60,640 nucleotides of DNA from an uncultured SAR86 cluster bacterium (GTDB taxonomy: Bacteria > Pseudomonadota > Gammaproteobacteria > Magnimaribacterales > AG-339-G14). The stretch lies in the NCBI GenBank assembly GCA_902624765.1, contig CACNYO010000003.1, forward strand, positions 1-60,640. The letters run 5' to 3'. Of this stretch, positions 29,352 through 41,837 are shown piece by piece. The position numbers and the translations under genes are program-made. The notes beneath the pieces are model-generated. The model did no database searches. It saw only the letters and a program-made list of their open reading frames with translations, and had not been told where the DNA came from. The first letter of the stretch is position 1. Every line of letters starts with the position of its first letter.

Positions 29352-32165
29352 ATGAAAAATATCGAAGTCAAAGGTGCTAAACAGCATAATCTTAAAAACA
29401 TCGATGTGATAATTCCTCGAGATAAACTTACCGTTATCACTGGGCTTTCTGGATCAGGAAAGTCTTCTTTAGCATTTGATACTTTGTATGCTGAAGGTCA
29501 AAGAAGATATGTTGAATCATTGTCTTCTTATGCGAGACAATTTTTGTCTGTCATGGATAAGCCTGATGTCGATCATATAAATGGTTTGTCCCCCGCCATT
29601 TCAATAGAGCAAAAATCCACATCTCATAATCCAAGGTCTACGGTTGGGACTGTTACTGAAATATATGACTATTTGAGACTGCTTTATGCAAGGGTCGGTA
29701 CCCCTTTTTGCCCAGATCATGGAATCTCCCTTGAGTCACAAAGCATCGATCAGATAGTCGATAAACTTTTTAAAGATGAGGAAAATGAAAGAGCTATTAT
29801 CTTATGTCCTATAGTAAGTCAGCAAAAAGGTGAGCACTTAATCCTACTTAATGACCTTAAGGTGCGAGGATTTATTAGAGCAAAAATTAACGGAGAAATC
29901 ATTGATCTGGATAATCTGCCTCAACTTAATAAAAATAAAAAACATGATATTGATATTGTCATTGATAGGTTATCTATATCGAAGAAAAATAAATCAAGAT
30001 TGTCTGAATCAATAGAAGCTGCGTTGAGAGAGTCAGATGGAATAGTAACTATCTCTTTCCTGGATGAATCTAAAAAAGACATAACATTTTCAACAAAAAT
30101 GGCCTGCACCGAATGTGGTTTCAGCATTGCTTCGTTAGAACCTAGACTATTTTCTTTCAATAGCCCTTCTGGAGCTTGCGATGATTGCGATGGATTAGGT
30201 CAGAAGTCTCAAGTTGATAGAAGAAAAGTTATTGTGAGACCTGAATTAAGTTTAAATCAAGGAGCAATTGAAGGATGGGATTCAAGTCAGATGTATCATC
30301 ACTATCTTCTCAACAGAGTTGCAAAACACTATGGCATTTCCTTGGACAAACCCTTCGAGGATTTGTCTGAAAATATAAAAGAAAAAATACTGAATGGTAG
30401 TTCAGGGGAAATTATAGATTTTAGTTATGTTTCTAAAAGAGGGAATCTCAGAGAATCATTTAAACCATTCGAAGGTGTTCTTAATAATATTGAAAGAAGA
30501 TTTAGGGAGAGTGAATCAGCTTTTTCTAGAGAGTATTTATCCAAATATATGACCAATACTGTTTGTATGTCATGTGAAGGCTCAAGATTAAATAAAGAGG
30601 CAAGATCTGTGAAGATAGATGGGAAAGAGCTTTGGGAAATAACAAACATGACCATTGATGATTGTCTTGATTTTTTTAATAACTTGAATTTAAAGGGCAA
30701 AAAGGGAGCTATCGCAGAGAAGGTAGTAAAAGAGCTGAAAGAAAGATTAAAGTTTTTATCTGATGTCGGGCTTAATTATCTAACATTATCAAGAAGTGCC
30801 GAAACTTTAAGTGGAGGAGAAGCACAAAGAATAAGACTTGCCAGTCAAATAGGTGCTGGGTTAGTTGGAGTTACCTATATTCTTGATGAGCCATCAATTG
30901 GCCTTCATCAAAGAGATAATAAGAGACTTCTATCTACTTTATTTAGATTAAAAGATTTAGGAAATACGGTTATCGTCGTTGAGCATGATAAAGAGACAAT
31001 AGAATGTGCTGATCATATTATTGATATCGGTCCAGGGGCAGGTATTCATGGAGGGTTTGTCAGTTTTGCGGGCAATTATAAAGAAATCTTGAAACAAGAT
31101 AGTTCATTAACCGGACAATATTTATCCGGAAAAAAAGATATTAAGATTGATAAATTTAAGAAATCTGAGAAAGGTTCTCTTTGTATTAATGGATGCAATG
31201 GGAATAATCTTAAGAATGTTAATTTAAATTTACCTTTAGGAAAAATTATCAGTATTACTGGAGTTTCTGGTTCAGGAAAATCTACGCTGATTAATCAAAC
31301 TTTATACCCTGCTCTGGCAAATAAGATTCAAAAATCTAACTATGACTGTCAAGAATTTGAAAATATTTCAGGTGAAAAAAAATTAGATAAAATTATTGAG
31401 ATTAGTCAGTCCCCAATAGGAAGGACTCCAAGATCAAATCCTGTTACTTACACGGGAATATTCACGCCTATTAGGGAGCTGTTTTCAGAAACGGAAGAAG
31501 CAAGAGCACGAGGCTATAAGCCAGGAAGGTTCAGCTTCAATGTTAAAGGAGGCAGATGTGAAACTTGCCAAGGAGACGGTTTAATTAAAGTAGAAATGCA
31601 TTTTCTGCCTGATGTCTATGTTAAATGTGATGTCTGCGATGGTAAAAGATACAACAAAGAAACGCTTGAGGTGAAATTTAAGGGGAAAAATATCTTTGAG
31701 GTTCTTGATATGAACGTTGAAGAATCCTTGAAATTTTTTGATTCGATTCCAACCATCAAAAGAAAGTTACAAACTCTTTATGATGTGGGATTGAGTTATA
31801 TCAAAATTGGCCAGCCCGCTACTACGTTATCTGGTGGAGAAGCCCAAAGAGTAAAACTTGCCAAAGAGCTTGGTAAGGTAGCCACAGGGGATACTCTTTA
31901 CCTTCTAGACGAACCAACAACTGGTCTTCATTTCCATGATGTAAACCTACTATTAAAAGTGATCAATAAATTAAATGAACAAGGCAACACTGTTGTCATC
32001 ATCGAGCATAACCTAGATGTGATTGTTAATTCTGATTGGATAATAGATCTTGGTCCTGAAGGTGGATCGGGTGGTGGAGAAATTATTGGAGAAGGGACTC
32101 CAGAAGAAATTTCAAAAATTAAAAAGTCTCATACTGGGAAATTTCTTAAGGAAATGTTGAATTAA
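29352..32165 (+). CDS. uvrA: Excinuclease ABC subunit A
   Basis: Two Walker A motifs ([16 protein letters not shown]), two LSGGEAQR signatures and zinc-finger cysteines. Confidence 0.98.
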   Translation: MKNIEVKGAKQHNLKNIDVIIPRDKLTVITGLSGSGKSSLAFDTLYAEGQRRYVESLSSYARQFLSVMDKPDVDHINGLSPAISIEQKSTSHNPRSTVGTVTEIYDYLRLLYARVGTPFCPDHGISLESQSIDQIVDKLFKDEENERAIILCPIVSQQKGEHLILLNDLKVRGFIRAKINGEIIDLDNLPQLNKNKKHDIDIVIDRLSISKKNKSRLSESIEAALRESDGIVTISFLDESKKDITFSTKMACTECGFSIASLEPRLFSFNSPSGACDDCDGLGQKSQVDRRKVIVRPELSLNQGAIEGWDSSQMYHHYLLNRVAKHYGISLDKPFEDLSENIKEKILNGSSGEIIDFSYVSKRGNLRESFKPFEGVLNNIERRFRESESAFSREYLSKYMTNTVCMSCEGSRLNKEARSVKIDGKELWEITNMTIDDCLDFFNNLNLKGKKGAIAEKVVKELKERLKFLSDVGLNYLTLSRSAETLSGGEAQRIRLASQIGAGLVGVTYILDEPSIGLHQRDNKRLLSTLFRLKDLGNTVIVVEHDKETIECADHIIDIGPGAGIHGGFVSFAGNYKEILKQDSSLTGQYLSGKKDIKIDKFKKSEKGSLCINGCNGNNLKNVNLNLPLGKIISITGVSGSGKSTLINQTLYPALANKIQKSNYDCQEFENISGEKKLDKIIEISQSPIGRTPRSNPVTYTGIFTPIRELFSETEEARARGYKPGRFSFNVKGGRCETCQGDGLIKVEMHFLPDVYVKCDVCDGKRYNKETLEVKFKGKNIFEVLDMNVEESLKFFDSIPTIKRKLQTLYDVGLSYIKIGQPATTLSGGEAQRVKLAKELGKVATGDTLYLLDEPTTGLHFHDVNLLLKVINKLNEQGNTVVIIEHNLDVIVNSDWIIDLGPEGGSGGGEIIGEGTPEEISKIKKSHTGKFLKEMLN

Positions 32166-32554
32166 TCTTCTTGAGATATCTCTTCAGAAGAATTCTCAGA
32201 CTTATCGGTAAGCTCTACAAAAGCCATTGGGGCTGCGTCACCGGGTCTTGGTCCCATCTTAATAATTCTAAGATATCCGCCAGGTCTATCTTTAAATCTA
32301 GGTCCTAGGTCTGAAAAAAGTTTTCCAACCGCAGAATCATTTCTGAGTTTTGAAAAGGCTCTTCTTCTGTTGGCAACAGAATCTACTTTAGCCAATGTAA
32401 CTAATGGCTCAAAGACACCTCTGAGTTCCTTTGCCTTTGGAACAGTGGTTTTTAAAGATTCAGTCTCAATCAAAGAAATAACCATGTTTTTAAACATAGC
32501 TTTTCTCTGATCGCTTGTGCGACCAAATTTTCTTCCTGTTTTTTGGTGTCTCAT
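32162..32554 (-). CDS. rplQ: 50S ribosomal protein bL17
   Basis: [12 protein letters not shown] and RPGGYLRI. Confidence 0.98.
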   Translation of the reverse strand: MRHQKTGRKFGRTSDQRKAMFKNMVISLIETESLKTTVPKAKELRGVFEPLVTLAKVDSVANRRRAFSKLRNDSAVGKLFSDLGPRFKDRPGGYLRIIKMGPRPGDAAPMAFVELTDKSENSSEEISQED

Positions 32555-32557
32555 CTA

Positions 32558-33550
32558 TTAACCTTCAACATTTGACGGGGGCCAATTCTCGAGCTCTAAA
32601 CCTAAAGATAATCCTCTAGCTGCTAGAACTTCTTTGATTTCATTTAGTGACTTTCTACCTAGATTAGGAGTTCTTAACAGGTCAGATTCCTTTCGGGTTA
32701 CTAAGTCTCCAATATAATGGATCTTTTCTACTTTTAAACAATTAGCTGATCTCACTGTTAATTCAAGTTCATCTACAGGCCTCAGCATAATTGGATCAAC
32801 AGGAGGAGTTTCATCTTCCTCTGGTTCTTCGGTTTCAAACCCTAATTCAGCAAAAGCCATTAATTGTCTTTGTAAAATAGTCGCTGCTAACCTAACAATC
32901 TCTTCAGGATCGATTGTTCCATTGGTTTCAACCTCAAGAATAAGCTTGTCTAGGTCAGTTCTATTTTCTACCCTTGCATTTTCAACTGAATAAGAAACTT
33001 TTTTAATTGGACTGTATGAAGCATCAATCTTAAGTGACCCAACCTCAGTATCTTCGCTCTCAGCCAAGGCTATGATATCCACAGGAACATAACCCCTACC
33101 CTTGGTAACTTTTGCCGTCATCTCTAGGGAGCCTTTGTCAGCGAGAGTAGCAACTACGTGATCAGGATTTACAATCTCAACTCCAGCAGGAAGCTCAAAA
33201 TCACTACCTTTGATATCTCCTGATCCTGACTTATTAACTGATATTTCGACTTCTTCTTGATCTGAAAGTCTTACAGAAAGACCTTTTAAATTTAAAAGGA
33301 TATTAATTACATCCTCTTTAACTCCATCAATAGAGCCAAACTCGTGGAGAACCCCATTAATTTTTGCTTCAGAAACAGCCGCACCAGGGATTGAAGATAA
33401 AATTATCCTCCTAAGAGCATTTCCCAAGGTATGTCCAAAGCCTCTTTCAAGAGGTTCTAGTACTATTTTTGAATTGTTTGAATCAACTTCTTCTACCAAA
33501 ATTTCTTTGGGAGTTAAGAAGTCTTTGATCATATCGAAATTATCTGTCAT
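32558..33550 (-). CDS. rpoA: RNA polymerase alpha subunit
   Basis: [26 protein letters not shown] and [11 protein letters not shown]. Confidence 0.98.
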   Translation of the reverse strand: MTDNFDMIKDFLTPKEILVEEVDSNNSKIVLEPLERGFGHTLGNALRRIILSSIPGAAVSEAKINGVLHEFGSIDGVKEDVINILLNLKGLSVRLSDQEEVEISVNKSGSGDIKGSDFELPAGVEIVNPDHVVATLADKGSLEMTAKVTKGRGYVPVDIIALAESEDTEVGSLKIDASYSPIKKVSYSVENARVENRTDLDKLILEVETNGTIDPEEIVRLAATILQRQLMAFAELGFETEEPEEDETPPVDPIMLRPVDELELTVRSANCLKVEKIHYIGDLVTRKESDLLRTPNLGRKSLNEIKEVLAARGLSLGLELENWPPSNVEG

Positions 33551-33568
33551 AGAATATCCTCTTTAAAA

Positions 33569-34189
33569 TTATCTTGAATAAAGCTCAACAATAAAACTTT
33601 CATTAATTTCACTGCTAAGCAAATCTCTGTCTGGAGTATTTTTGTAAATGCCTGAAAAGTTATCGTGGTTAACCTCAATCCATTCACAAGGCTCTCTTGT
33701 TTTAAAAATCTCAAAAGATTGAGAAATTCTTTTTTGATTTCTTGATTTCTCAGAAATACTTATCTCGTCTCCTTCCGCTACTTGATAAGAAGGAATGTTT
33801 ACTTTTTTTCCATTAACCAAAACTGATTTATGGTTAACCAATTGTCTTGCTTCGGCACGCGTAGCAGCAAATCCCATTCTATAGACCACGTTATCTAATC
33901 TAGCCTCCAAAAATTGAAGGAGATTTGTTCCTGTCTCACCTCTGCTGCTAGCTGCAGCCTTGTAGTAATTTCTAAATTGTCTTTCTAAAACTCCATACAT
34001 TCTTTTTACTTTTTGCTTTTCTCTCAATTGCAAGCCATAGTCTGAAGTTCTAATTCTTTTTGCTCCATGGTGTCCTGGAGGATTTTCAGATCTGATTTTG
34101 GATTCGTATGACCTATACCCACTTGTTAAAAGCAGATCAGTCCCTTCCCTACGAGATAATTTATTTCTTGGTCCTCTATATCTTGCCAC
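33569..34189 (-). CDS. rpsD: 30S ribosomal protein uS4
   Basis: ARYRGP, QLREKQK and [11 protein letters not shown]; GTG start at 34189, 1 nt after the rpsK stop. Confidence 0.97.
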   Translation of the reverse strand: MARYRGPRNKLSRREGTDLLLTSGYRSYESKIRSENPPGHHGAKRIRTSDYGLQLREKQKVKRMYGVLERQFRNYYKAAASSRGETGTNLLQFLEARLDNVVYRMGFAATRAEARQLVNHKSVLVNGKKVNIPSYQVAEGDEISISEKSRNQKRISQSFEIFKTREPCEWIEVNHDNFSGIYKNTPDRDLLSSEINESFIVELYSR

Positions 34190-34190
34190 T

Positions 34191-34577
34191 TTACACCCTT
34201 CTCTTTTTTGGAGGACGACACCCATTGTGAGGAATAGGAGTTACATCCGAAATTTTTGTAATCTTAAAACCGCAACCATTCAAAGCTCTTACCGCTGATT
34301 CTCGACCCGCTCCAGGTCCGGAAACTTCAATTTCCAAATTGTTTATTCCGAAGTTTTTAGCAGCGTCTCCAGCTTTGGAAGCTGCTACCTGAGCCGCAAA
34401 AGGAGTACTTTTTCTTGATCCTTTAAAACCTGATCCACCAGCACTTGCCCAAGTTAAAGTATTTCCCTGTTTGTCCGTAATATTGATGATGGTGTTATTA
34501 AATGTAGCGTATATATGCGCAACAGCATCGTTGTATGTTCGGCTATTTTTTTTAGATTTTGTCCCTTGTTTTGCCAT
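34191..34577 (-). CDS. rpsK: 30S ribosomal protein uS11
   Basis: [12 protein letters not shown] and [18 protein letters not shown]. Confidence 0.98.
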   Translation of the reverse strand: MAKQGTKSKKNSRTYNDAVAHIYATFNNTIINITDKQGNTLTWASAGGSGFKGSRKSTPFAAQVAASKAGDAAKNFGINNLEIEVSGPGAGRESAVRALNGCGFKITKISDVTPIPHNGCRPPKKRRV

Positions 34578-34579
34578 AT

Positions 34580-34936
34580 TTATCTTCTAATAGGTTTTCT
34601 AGGCCCTTTTCTGGTTCTAGCGTTAGTTTTTGTTCTTTGTCCTCTAACAGGTAAATGTTTCCTGTGTCTCATTCCCCTCAAGGTTCCCAAATCCATAAGT
34701 CTTTTTATATTGGTACTTATTTCTCTTCTTAAATCTCCTTCTACAAGAAACTCATTTACAGCTTTTCGAAGTTTTTCTAAATCTTCCTCGCTTAAACTTC
34801 CTATCAAAGAAGTTTTTTCAATGCCCAATTGATCACAAATAGACAACGCTCTCGTTCTGCCGATACCAAAAATATGAGTTAAAGAAACCCAAGCTTGTTT
34901 TTTATCTGGAATATTTACACCTGCTACCCTAGCCAT
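34580..34936 (-). CDS. rpsM: 30S ribosomal protein uS13
   Basis: [10 protein letters not shown] and [17 protein letters not shown]. Confidence 0.98.
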   Translation of the reverse strand: MARVAGVNIPDKKQAWVSLTHIFGIGRTRALSICDQLGIEKTSLIGSLSEEDLEKLRKAVNEFLVEGDLRREISTNIKRLMDLGTLRGMRHRKHLPVRGQRTKTNARTRKGPRKPIRR

Positions 34937-34941
34937 ATTTA

Positions 34942-35058
34942 TTACCCCTGCCTCTGTTTGTGTCTTGGTTCATTGCTACAGATAACAAAAACGGTGCCGT
35001 GTCTTTTAATTATCTTGCAATCCTTACACATTTTTTTTACTGAAGCTCTTACTTTCAT
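34942..35058 (-). CDS. rpmJ: 50S ribosomal protein bL36, Zn-binding form
   Basis: Not in the ORF track; manual translation gives [38 protein letters not shown]. Confidence 0.97.
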   Translation of the reverse strand: MKVRASVKKMCKDCKIIKRHGTVFVICSNEPRHKQRQG

Positions 35059-35060
35059 AA

Positions 35061-36368
35061 TTACCTTCTATAATTTTTTAAATTAGCTTTTTTCATTAAA
35101 GACTCATATTGACTAGATAAAAGGTGCGATTGTACCTGAGCCATGAAGTCCATGACTACTACCACAGCAATTAAAAGTGATGTCCCCCCTAGATAAAAAG
35201 GTACATTTGCAGAAACAATTAAGAATTGAGGAAGTAAACATACTGCAATCATGTATATTGATCCCCACACTGTTAATCTAGACATTACACTGTCAATATA
35301 GCCTTCTGTTTGATCGCCGGGTCTTATTCCAGGTAAGAATCCTCCAGATCTTTTAAGATTATCTGAAATATCTTTTGCTGGAAATTGAATGGCGGTGTAA
35401 AAGAAACAAAAATAAGCTATCAAAACTGCAAAAACTATTACATACAAGGGTTGCCCAGGGCTTAAAGCCAATGATATCTCTTGCAACCACTCAAAACCTT
35501 CAGATTGTCCAAACCAAGTACTAATTGAGGCTGGAAAAAGAACTATCGATGAAGCAAAGATCGCAGGAATTACTCCTGACATATTTACTTTCAATGGAAC
35601 ATGAGAAGTTTGGCCCATAGCCATCTGGTTGCCGATTTGTCTCTTAGCATAATTAACCGAAACTCTTCTTTGCGCCCTTTCTACCCAAACAATAAAAGCA
35701 ATAGCCAATATTGCAAGAAGAGCAACAGATAAAAGTACAATTAAGTTGATTTCTCCTTGTCTAGCTCCCTCAAATGACTGGCCTATTGCTCTCGGCAATC
35801 CAGAAACAATACTGGCAAAAATAATAAGAGATATTCCATTGCCGATGCCTCTCTCATTAACCTGCTCCCCAAGCCATACCAAAAACATTGTTCCAGTAAC
35901 GAAAGAAATAACTGCAGTAACAATGAACATATTTCCAGGAGTGCTAGCTAGCCCTTGACTCGATAATGCTATCGCAAAACCACTCGATTGAATGATTGCA
36001 AGCCCTAAAGTACCTAGGCGAACATAGTTGGTCCTTTTTCTTCTCCCAACTTCTCCTTCCTGTCTAAACATTTTTTTTAGGCTTGGAGTTGTAGCCTCTA
36101 ATAGATTCATCACAATAGCAGCAGTGATATAAGGAACAACATTTAAAGCCATGATGCTCATCCTTTCTAGCGCACCTCCGGAAAACATATTAAATAAGCC
36201 TAGAAGAGTTCCTTGATTTTGATCAAATAAAGAAGAAAGTTTCATAGGATCAATGCCTGGAACAGGAATATGAGTTCCAATCCTATAGATAATTATTGCG
36301 TAAAGAACAAATCTAAGCCTTGCCCAAAGTTCAGACAATCCAGATGATTTGGCTGGGTTTCTAGCCAC
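35061..36368 (-). CDS. secY: Preprotein translocase SecY
   Basis: [36 protein letters not shown] and GGTSLLI; GTG start. Confidence 0.98.
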   Translation of the reverse strand: MARNPAKSSGLSELWARLRFVLYAIIIYRIGTHIPVPGIDPMKLSSLFDQNQGTLLGLFNMFSGGALERMSIMALNVVPYITAAIVMNLLEATTPSLKKMFRQEGEVGRRKRTNYVRLGTLGLAIIQSSGFAIALSSQGLASTPGNMFIVTAVISFVTGTMFLVWLGEQVNERGIGNGISLIIFASIVSGLPRAIGQSFEGARQGEINLIVLLSVALLAILAIAFIVWVERAQRRVSVNYAKRQIGNQMAMGQTSHVPLKVNMSGVIPAIFASSIVLFPASISTWFGQSEGFEWLQEISLALSPGQPLYVIVFAVLIAYFCFFYTAIQFPAKDISDNLKRSGGFLPGIRPGDQTEGYIDSVMSRLTVWGSIYMIAVCLLPQFLIVSANVPFYLGGTSLLIAVVVVMDFMAQVQSHLLSSQYESLMKKANLKNYRR

Positions 36369-36798
36369 TTATAATCTCTCCACCTAGTTTATTAATTAAT
36401 TCCTCAACAGATTTAGAAACGGATAAACCCTCAATTTTCACTGTTTTTGTCAGTTCGCCGCCGTTAATGATCTTCACTTTTTTTATCTTGTTTGAAATAA
36501 TTTTATTTTTCTTCAAAACATCCAAAGTAATATGATCTTCATCAAGCTTTTCTATATCTCTGAGTTTTATATGTGTTCTGTACTGTTTTTGTCTAGAAGT
36601 GAATCCAAACTTTGGAAGTCTTTGTTGGATAGGCATTTGACCTCCTTCAAATCCAGGTCTTATGGAAGCTCCAGATCTTGCCTTTTGACCTTTATGACCT
36701 CTTCCTGATGTTTTTCCTGAGCCAGATCCTGTTCCTCTACCAATACGCTTAGAGACTTTATTTTTGTTTGTTCTTTGAAGGCTATTAAGTTTTAGCAT
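36361..36798 (-). CDS. rplO: 50S ribosomal protein uL15
   Basis: [21 protein letters not shown] and GFEGGQMP. Confidence 0.98.
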   Translation of the reverse strand: MLKLNSLQRTNKNKVSKRIGRGTGSGSGKTSGRGHKGQKARSGASIRPGFEGGQMPIQQRLPKFGFTSRQKQYRTHIKLRDIEKLDEDHITLDVLKKNKIISNKIKKVKIINGGELTKTVKIEGLSVSKSVEELINKLGGEIISG

Positions 36799-36981
36799 TT
36801 AATCTAAGACCTCCAGCAGATGATGAGCTTTCTTGATCATACCTAGATTTTCAGGCGTTTTTTGAACCTCAACTACTTGGTTAATTTTTTTTAGTCCCAA
36901 TCCTCTTACGGAGAGCCTCTGATTTTTCATCGAGCCTGCTAAACCTCTCTTTAATTTAACTCTAATCATTTCGTTAGACAT
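36799..36981 (-). CDS. rpmD: 50S ribosomal protein uL30
   Basis: GLGLKKIN and GMIKKAHHLL; lies between rpsE and rplO. Confidence 0.93.
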   Translation of the reverse strand: MSNEMIRVKLKRGLAGSMKNQRLSVRGLGLKKINQVVEVQKTPENLGMIKKAHHLLEVLD

Positions 36982-36990
36982 TTCTTCCTC

Positions 36991-37473
36991 TTAAGATCTC
37001 CTTTCTGCAACCTGTTCCGGCGATTCAACGCTTGCTAATCCCTTCACAGTCGCTCTAACAACATTAATAGGATTGGTTGAGCCATATGTTTTGGCTAAAA
37101 CATCTTTAATGCCAGCTAACTCAAGGACGGCTCGCATCGCACCACCTGCAATGACACCAGTACCTGGAGAAGCCGGTTGCATATAAACAGTTGAACTTCC
37201 ATGAGTTGATTTAACTGGGTAATGGAGAGTAGAACCTTTAAGTTCAATCTTGATCATATTTTTTCTAGCATTTTCTAATGCTTTTTGAATAGCCATAGGA
37301 ACTTCTCTGGCTTTTCCTCTTCCGAAACCAACCTTGCCTGCTCCATCTCCTACAACGGTAAGGGCTGTGAACCCAAAGATTCTTCCACCTTTTACAACTT
37401 TCGCTACTCTATTAACTCCTACAAGTTTTTCTTCTAGAGCTTCGTTACTAAACTGATCTATATTTTCTTCCAT
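36991..37473 (-). CDS. rpsE: 30S ribosomal protein uS5
   Basis: [12 protein letters not shown] and GTGVIAGG. Confidence 0.98.
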   Translation of the reverse strand: MEENIDQFSNEALEEKLVGVNRVAKVVKGGRIFGFTALTVVGDGAGKVGFGRGKAREVPMAIQKALENARKNMIKIELKGSTLHYPVKSTHGSSTVYMQPASPGTGVIAGGAMRAVLELAGIKDVLAKTYGSTNPINVVRATVKGLASVESPEQVAERRS

Positions 37474-37479
37474 AATTCC

Positions 37480-37830
37480 TCAAAATTCTAAGCCTGCTTC
37501 ACGTGCAGATTCAGCAAGACTCTTTACACGACCATGATATTTATATCCCGATCTATCAAACGTAACCTTTTTAATGCCTTTCTCGATAGCTCTTTTAGCA
37601 ACCAATTCTCCAACTTTTTTTGCAGCTTCTTGGTTTCCACCTTTATCAAGTTTTGCTTCTTTATCTGCAGAAGAAGCATGCGCAAGCACTTCTTTTCCAT
37701 CAGAAGAAAAAACTTGAGCGTAAATCTGATTGTTGGATCTAAAAATAGATAACCTATGATTACTCATTTCTTTAGTCTTAGACCTAAGTTTTCTAGATCT
37801 TCTTTGTCTTGCGGTAAATTTATCACTCAT
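37480..37830 (-). CDS. rplR: 50S ribosomal protein uL18
   Basis: [12 protein letters not shown] and AREAGLEF. Confidence 0.97.
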   Translation of the reverse strand: MSDKFTARQRRSRKLRSKTKEMSNHRLSIFRSNNQIYAQVFSSDGKEVLAHASSADKEAKLDKGGNQEAAKKVGELVAKRAIEKGIKKVTFDRSGYKYHGRVKSLAESAREAGLEF

Positions 37831-37832
37831 GC

Positions 37833-38366
37833 TTAAGCCTTCTTAGATTCTTTGCGTTTGATTCTTTCTTCGGCATATTTTACCCCTTTCCCTTTATAAG
37901 GTTCTGGAGGTCTAAATGATCTAATTTTTGCTGCAGTTTCTCCTAAAAGTTGCTTATTAGCTGACTTTAAAATAACTTCAGTTTGAGATGGCACATCGGC
38001 GTTTATCCCTTCAGGTAGTTGGTAAATAACTGGATGAGAGAATCCTAGTGAGAGTTCTAATTTATCTCCAGAAAGCTTTGCTCTGTAACCAACACCATTA
38101 ATTTCTAATTTTTTTTCGAAACCGTCTGAAACTCCTTTAATCATATTTATCGCTAAAGCCCTCATTGTCCCTACCATTGCGATAGATTCCTTCGTTTCTT
38201 CTTTAGGAGAAAATAGTAATTCTTTCTCGGGAGTGGTAACCATTACTGACGGATGAATAGACATTGATAAGTCTCCATTCTTGCCAGAAACTTTAAGCAA
38301 GTTTTCAGCAAGGGATATTTCTATACCATCTTGAATTGAAATTGGTCTCTCAGTGTTTCTAGCCAT
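37833..38366 (-). CDS. rplF: 50S ribosomal protein uL6
   Basis: GVGYRA, LGFSH and [10 protein letters not shown]. Confidence 0.97.
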   Translation of the reverse strand: MARNTERPISIQDGIEISLAENLLKVSGKNGDLSMSIHPSVMVTTPEKELLFSPKEETKESIAMVGTMRALAINMIKGVSDGFEKKLEINGVGYRAKLSGDKLELSLGFSHPVIYQLPEGINADVPSQTEVILKSANKQLLGETAAKIRSFRPPEPYKGKGVKYAEERIKRKESKKA

Positions 38367-38368
38367 AA

Positions 38369-38764
38369 TTAAAATACAGTGCAGATTAATTCTCCGCCTA
38401 CCCCATGTTCTCTAGCTTCTTTGTCTGTCAAAACTCCTTTACTTGTTGTAATGATTCCAACCCCTAAACCATTTCTGACTGAAGGAATTTCTTTAGATGA
38501 AAAGTATTTTCTTAATCCAGGTTTGCTTATCCTTTTCAATTCTCTGATAACCGGCGATTCTTGATGGTATTTGAGGGAAACTAAAATAGTTTTTTTGCTC
38601 TCCTCACCCTCAATCTTAAAAGATGATATGAATCCTTCTTTCTCTAATACAGAACAAATGGCGTTTTTAATTTTGGAAGATGAAAAGCTAACCGTTGCAT
38701 GCCCTCTAGCTTGAGCATTCATCACTCTAGAAATCATGTCAGAAATTGGATCTTGCATACTCAT
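38369..38764 (-). CDS. rpsH: 30S ribosomal protein uS8
   Basis: MSMQDPISDM, SKPGLR and VGGE. Confidence 0.97.
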   Translation of the reverse strand: MSMQDPISDMISRVMNAQARGHATVSFSSSKIKNAICSVLEKEGFISSFKIEGEESKKTILVSLKYHQESPVIRELKRISKPGLRKYFSSKEIPSVRNGLGVGIITTSKGVLTDKEAREHGVGGELICTVF

Positions 38765-38773
38765 TAATAACCT

Positions 38774-39079
38774 CTACCAACTTGATTTAACTAATCCTGG
38801 AACATCTCCATTCATAGCCAATTCTCTTAATTTATTTCTTGAAAGGCCAAACCTTCTGTAAACAGCGTGTGGTCTTCCAGTTATTTGACATCTTCTTTGG
38901 AGACGAACAGGACTTGCATCTCTTGGAAGTTTTTGAAGTTTTAATCTTGCCTCATATCTTTCTTCATCAGATAGATTCATATCTGAGATAGCTTTTTTAA
39001 GCTCCTCTCTTTTTTTTGCAAACTTTTGAACCATCTTGATTCTTTTGTTCTCTCTAGCAATCATTGAAACTTTAGCCAT
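38774..39079 (-). CDS. rpsN: 30S ribosomal protein uS14 (101 aa, non-Zn form)
   Basis: [13 protein letters not shown] and PGLVKSSW. Confidence 0.97.
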   Translation of the reverse strand: MAKVSMIARENKRIKMVQKFAKKREELKKAISDMNLSDEERYEARLKLQKLPRDASPVRLQRRCQITGRPHAVYRRFGLSRNKLRELAMNGDVPGLVKSSW

Positions 39080-39090
39080 AATTTCTACCT

Positions 39091-39633
39091 TTAACTTTTA
39101 AATGGGAAGTTTAATTTTGATAATAGGGCAAAACCTTCTTTATCATTAGTGGCGGATGTTGTAATACAAATATCCATGCCGCGTATTTTTTCAACTTTGT
39201 CGTAATCAATTTCAGGGAAGATAATGTGTTCTTTTATTCCCAATGAGTAATTACCTTGACCGTCGAATGATTTTGGATTCAATCCTCTAAAATCTCTTTC
39301 CCTTGGAATTGCTATAGACAATAACCTGTCTAAAAATTCATACATTCTGTTACCTCTTAAAGTAACTTTGCATCCAATTGGAAATCCCTCTCTTATTTTA
39401 AAACTAGCTACCGACTTCCTTGCAAAAGTCTTTATAGGTTTTTGACCTGCGATTAATTCAAGGTCCGCAATAGCATCATCAACTGACTTTCTGTTATTAA
39501 GTGCATCTGGTCCTAACCCCATATTTACTGTGATTTTTGTAATTTTGGGGACAGCCATGGAGCTTTTTACACCCAGCTCATCTTTAAGTGAGCTAATGAC
39601 GTTATCCTGATAGTTTGTTTTAGTAATAGACAT
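39091..39633 (-). CDS. rplE: 50S ribosomal protein uL5
   Basis: GQKP, FKIREG, RDFRG and IFPEIDYD. Confidence 0.98.
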   Translation of the reverse strand: MSITKTNYQDNVISSLKDELGVKSSMAVPKITKITVNMGLGPDALNNRKSVDDAIADLELIAGQKPIKTFARKSVASFKIREGFPIGCKVTLRGNRMYEFLDRLLSIAIPRERDFRGLNPKSFDGQGNYSLGIKEHIIFPEIDYDKVEKIRGMDICITTSATNDKEGFALLSKLNFPFKS

Positions 39634-39635
39634 TC

Positions 39636-39947
39636 CTATTTGACTTCCTTATTAGTTGATTTAGAAACTCTGATCTTTCCTTTTTTCTCATCTAAATTAA
39701 TTTGTAATTTATCTCTCTTTTTTGCACTGGTATTGTAAAAAGCAATATTGGATATGTTGATAAAGGACTCCTTTTCTATAATCCCTCCAGGTTCATTAAT
39801 TTGAGGATTTGGTTTCACGTGTTTTTTTACTAGTTTTATCCCAGACACTAAACATCTATCACCTTTAATTTTTGTTAGAGTTCCAGTTTTTCCTTTATCT
39901 TTTCCGGATATCACAATCACTTCATCACCAGTTCTTAATTTATTCAT
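39636..39947 (-). CDS. rplX: 50S ribosomal protein uL24
   Basis: [14 protein letters not shown] and GGIIEKE. Confidence 0.97.
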   Translation of the reverse strand: MNKLRTGDEVIVISGKDKGKTGTLTKIKGDRCLVSGIKLVKKHVKPNPQINEPGGIIEKESFINISNIAFYNTSAKKRDKLQINLDEKKGKIRVSKSTNKEVK

Positions 39948-40315
39948 TAGATTACCTCTGGTGCTAGAGAAATTATTTTCATGAAATTATTAGATCTCAG
40001 CTCTCTGGAAACAGGGCCAAAAATCCTTGTTCCAATCGGTTGCTGTTGGTTATTTATGAGCACAGCTGCATTGTCATCAAATCTAACGATTGATCCATCT
40101 TCCCTGCGAATATCTTTTTTAGTCCTGACTACAACTGCATCTGCAACCTGACCTTTCTTAACCCTGCCTGTTGGGATGGCTTCTTTAATTGCCACTTTGA
40201 TAACGTCGCCGACTCTTGCGTAACGTCTTTTAGATCCACCAAGTACTTTGATACACATCACTTTTCGTGCACCGCTGTTATCAGCAACTTCTAAGATAGT
40301 TTCTGTTTGAATCAT
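39947..40315 (-). CDS. rplN: 50S ribosomal protein uL14
   Basis: [15 protein letters not shown] and SLAPEV. Confidence 0.98.
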   Translation of the reverse strand: MIQTETILEVADNSGARKVMCIKVLGGSKRRYARVGDVIKVAIKEAIPTGRVKKGQVADAVVVRTKKDIRREDGSIVRFDDNAAVLINNQQQPIGTRIFGPVSRELRSNNFMKIISLAPEVI

Positions 40316-40569
40316 GACTTAGCCTCTTTGAGTATTTCTACCAAAGTCCAAGATTTTGTTTTTGAAATTGGTCGACACTCTTTGATAGTTACTTTGTCCC
40401 CAAGAGAACAAACATTTGCCTCATCATGGAAACTAATCTTCGAGGATCTTCTAATAATTTTTCCTAATTTGGGGTGTTTAACTTTTCTATCAATTTTTGC
40501 AACTGCAGTTTTGTTAGAATTACAACTTACAACCATTCCAGTCATTGTTCTTATTGCTCTATCAGACAT
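40312..40569 (-). CDS. rpsQ: 30S ribosomal protein uS17
   Basis: HPKLGK, HDE and [11 protein letters not shown]; start placed at ATG 40569. Confidence 0.96.
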   Translation of the reverse strand: MSDRAIRTMTGMVVSCNSNKTAVAKIDRKVKHPKLGKIIRRSSKISFHDEANVCSLGDKVTIKECRPISKTKSWTLVEILKEAKS

Positions 40570-40756
40570 TTGCATCCTCTTGTTGTTTAAGTTGTTTAAG
40601 CGAAGTCAAAATTCTTGCAACAGCCTTTTTTTTCTCTCTTAAAAGGTGTGTCTGCTGAAGAGAAGCAGATGAACTTTTTAGTTTTAAATCTAATAATTCA
40701 GATCTAGTTTTCTCTAGATCTTTTATTAAATCTGCATGAGATGGATTTTTAGCCAT
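40562..40756 (-). CDS. rpmC: 50S ribosomal protein uL29 (divergent)
   Basis: LQQTHLLR...VARILT; lies between rplP and rpsQ. Confidence 0.88.
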   Translation of the reverse strand: MAKNPSHADLIKDLEKTRSELLDLKLKSSSASLQQTHLLREKKKAVARILTSLKQLKQQEDANV

Positions 40757-41169
40757 TAGATAACCTTCCTAGAGATAAATTGAGTTGAGACAGGAAGTTT
40801 TGCAGCTGCTAGAGAAAAAGCTTCTCTTGCCAAGGCTTCGTCAACACCTTCCATTTCATAAAGAATTTTTCCTGGTTTAATTGGTGAAACCCAATATTCT
40901 ACGTTTCCTTTTCCTTTTCCTTGCCTGACTTCAAGAGGTTTTTTGGTAATTGGTTTATCTGGAAAAATTCTAATCCAGATTTTTGCTCCACGTTTTACGT
41001 GTCTAGTCATGGCTCTTCTTGCAGCCTCAATTTGACGAGATGTGATTTGACCTCTTGATGTAGCTTTCAAACCAAATGTACCGAAATCTAAAGAATTAGA
41101 TCTCTGTGCAAGGCCTCGATTTCGACCTTTCATTTGCTTTCTGTATTTAGTCCTTTTTGGCTGAAACAT
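40756..41169 (-). CDS. rplP: 50S ribosomal protein uL16
   Basis: [15 protein letters not shown] and GKGKG. Confidence 0.98.
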   Translation of the reverse strand: MFQPKRTKYRKQMKGRNRGLAQRSNSLDFGTFGLKATSRGQITSRQIEAARRAMTRHVKRGAKIWIRIFPDKPITKKPLEVRQGKGKGNVEYWVSPIKPGKILYEMEGVDEALAREAFSLAAAKLPVSTQFISRKVI

Positions 41170-41828
41170 TAGCTTTCCTTATCTTTTTCTTTGACTTTTT
41201 TATCAATTAATTCGCCTCTGAAAATCCATACCTTCACACCAATAATTCCGTAAGTAGTCTTTGCTTCGGCCAAGCCGTAATCAACATCTGCTCTTAATGT
41301 ATGAAGAGGCACTCTCCCTTCTTTATGCCACTCAGATCTTGCAATCTCAGCTCCGCCTAATCTGCCAGAAACTTTTATTTTCACACCAAGTGCTCCCTGT
41401 CTCATGGTGTTTTGAGCTGCCCTCTTCATGACCCTTCGAAACATAGCTCTTTTTTCAAGTTGAAGTGCTATGTTTGCAGCAACTAGCTGAGCATCAAGAT
41501 CAGGTTTTCTTATTTCTTGAATATTCAGACTAACCGGTACATTCATGATTTGCGTTAGCTTCTCTCTTAGTCGATCGATATCTTCGCCTCGTTTTCCTAT
41601 AATCATTCCAGGTCTTGCAGTATGGATTGTGACTTTTGCACTTTGTGCAGGCCTTTCTATGTGGATTTTGCTAACAAATGCATTATCAAGTTCTTTTTTT
41701 AGAAACTCTCTAACTTCAAAATCATTAAAAAGAATATCTCTATATTTATCTTTTTCAGCAAACCACACAGAGTTATGATCTCTGGAGATGCCTAGTCTGA
41801 TTCCAATTGGATTAACTTTTTGTCCCAC
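41169..41828 (-). CDS. rpsC: 30S ribosomal protein uS3
   Basis: [12 protein letters not shown] and [10 protein letters not shown]; GTG start. Confidence 0.98.
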   Translation of the reverse strand: MGQKVNPIGIRLGISRDHNSVWFAEKDKYRDILFNDFEVREFLKKELDNAFVSKIHIERPAQSAKVTIHTARPGMIIGKRGEDIDRLREKLTQIMNVPVSLNIQEIRKPDLDAQLVAANIALQLEKRAMFRRVMKRAAQNTMRQGALGVKIKVSGRLGGAEIARSEWHKEGRVPLHTLRADVDYGLAEAKTTYGIIGVKVWIFRGELIDKKVKEKDKES

Positions 41829-41837
41829 TTATTCTCC

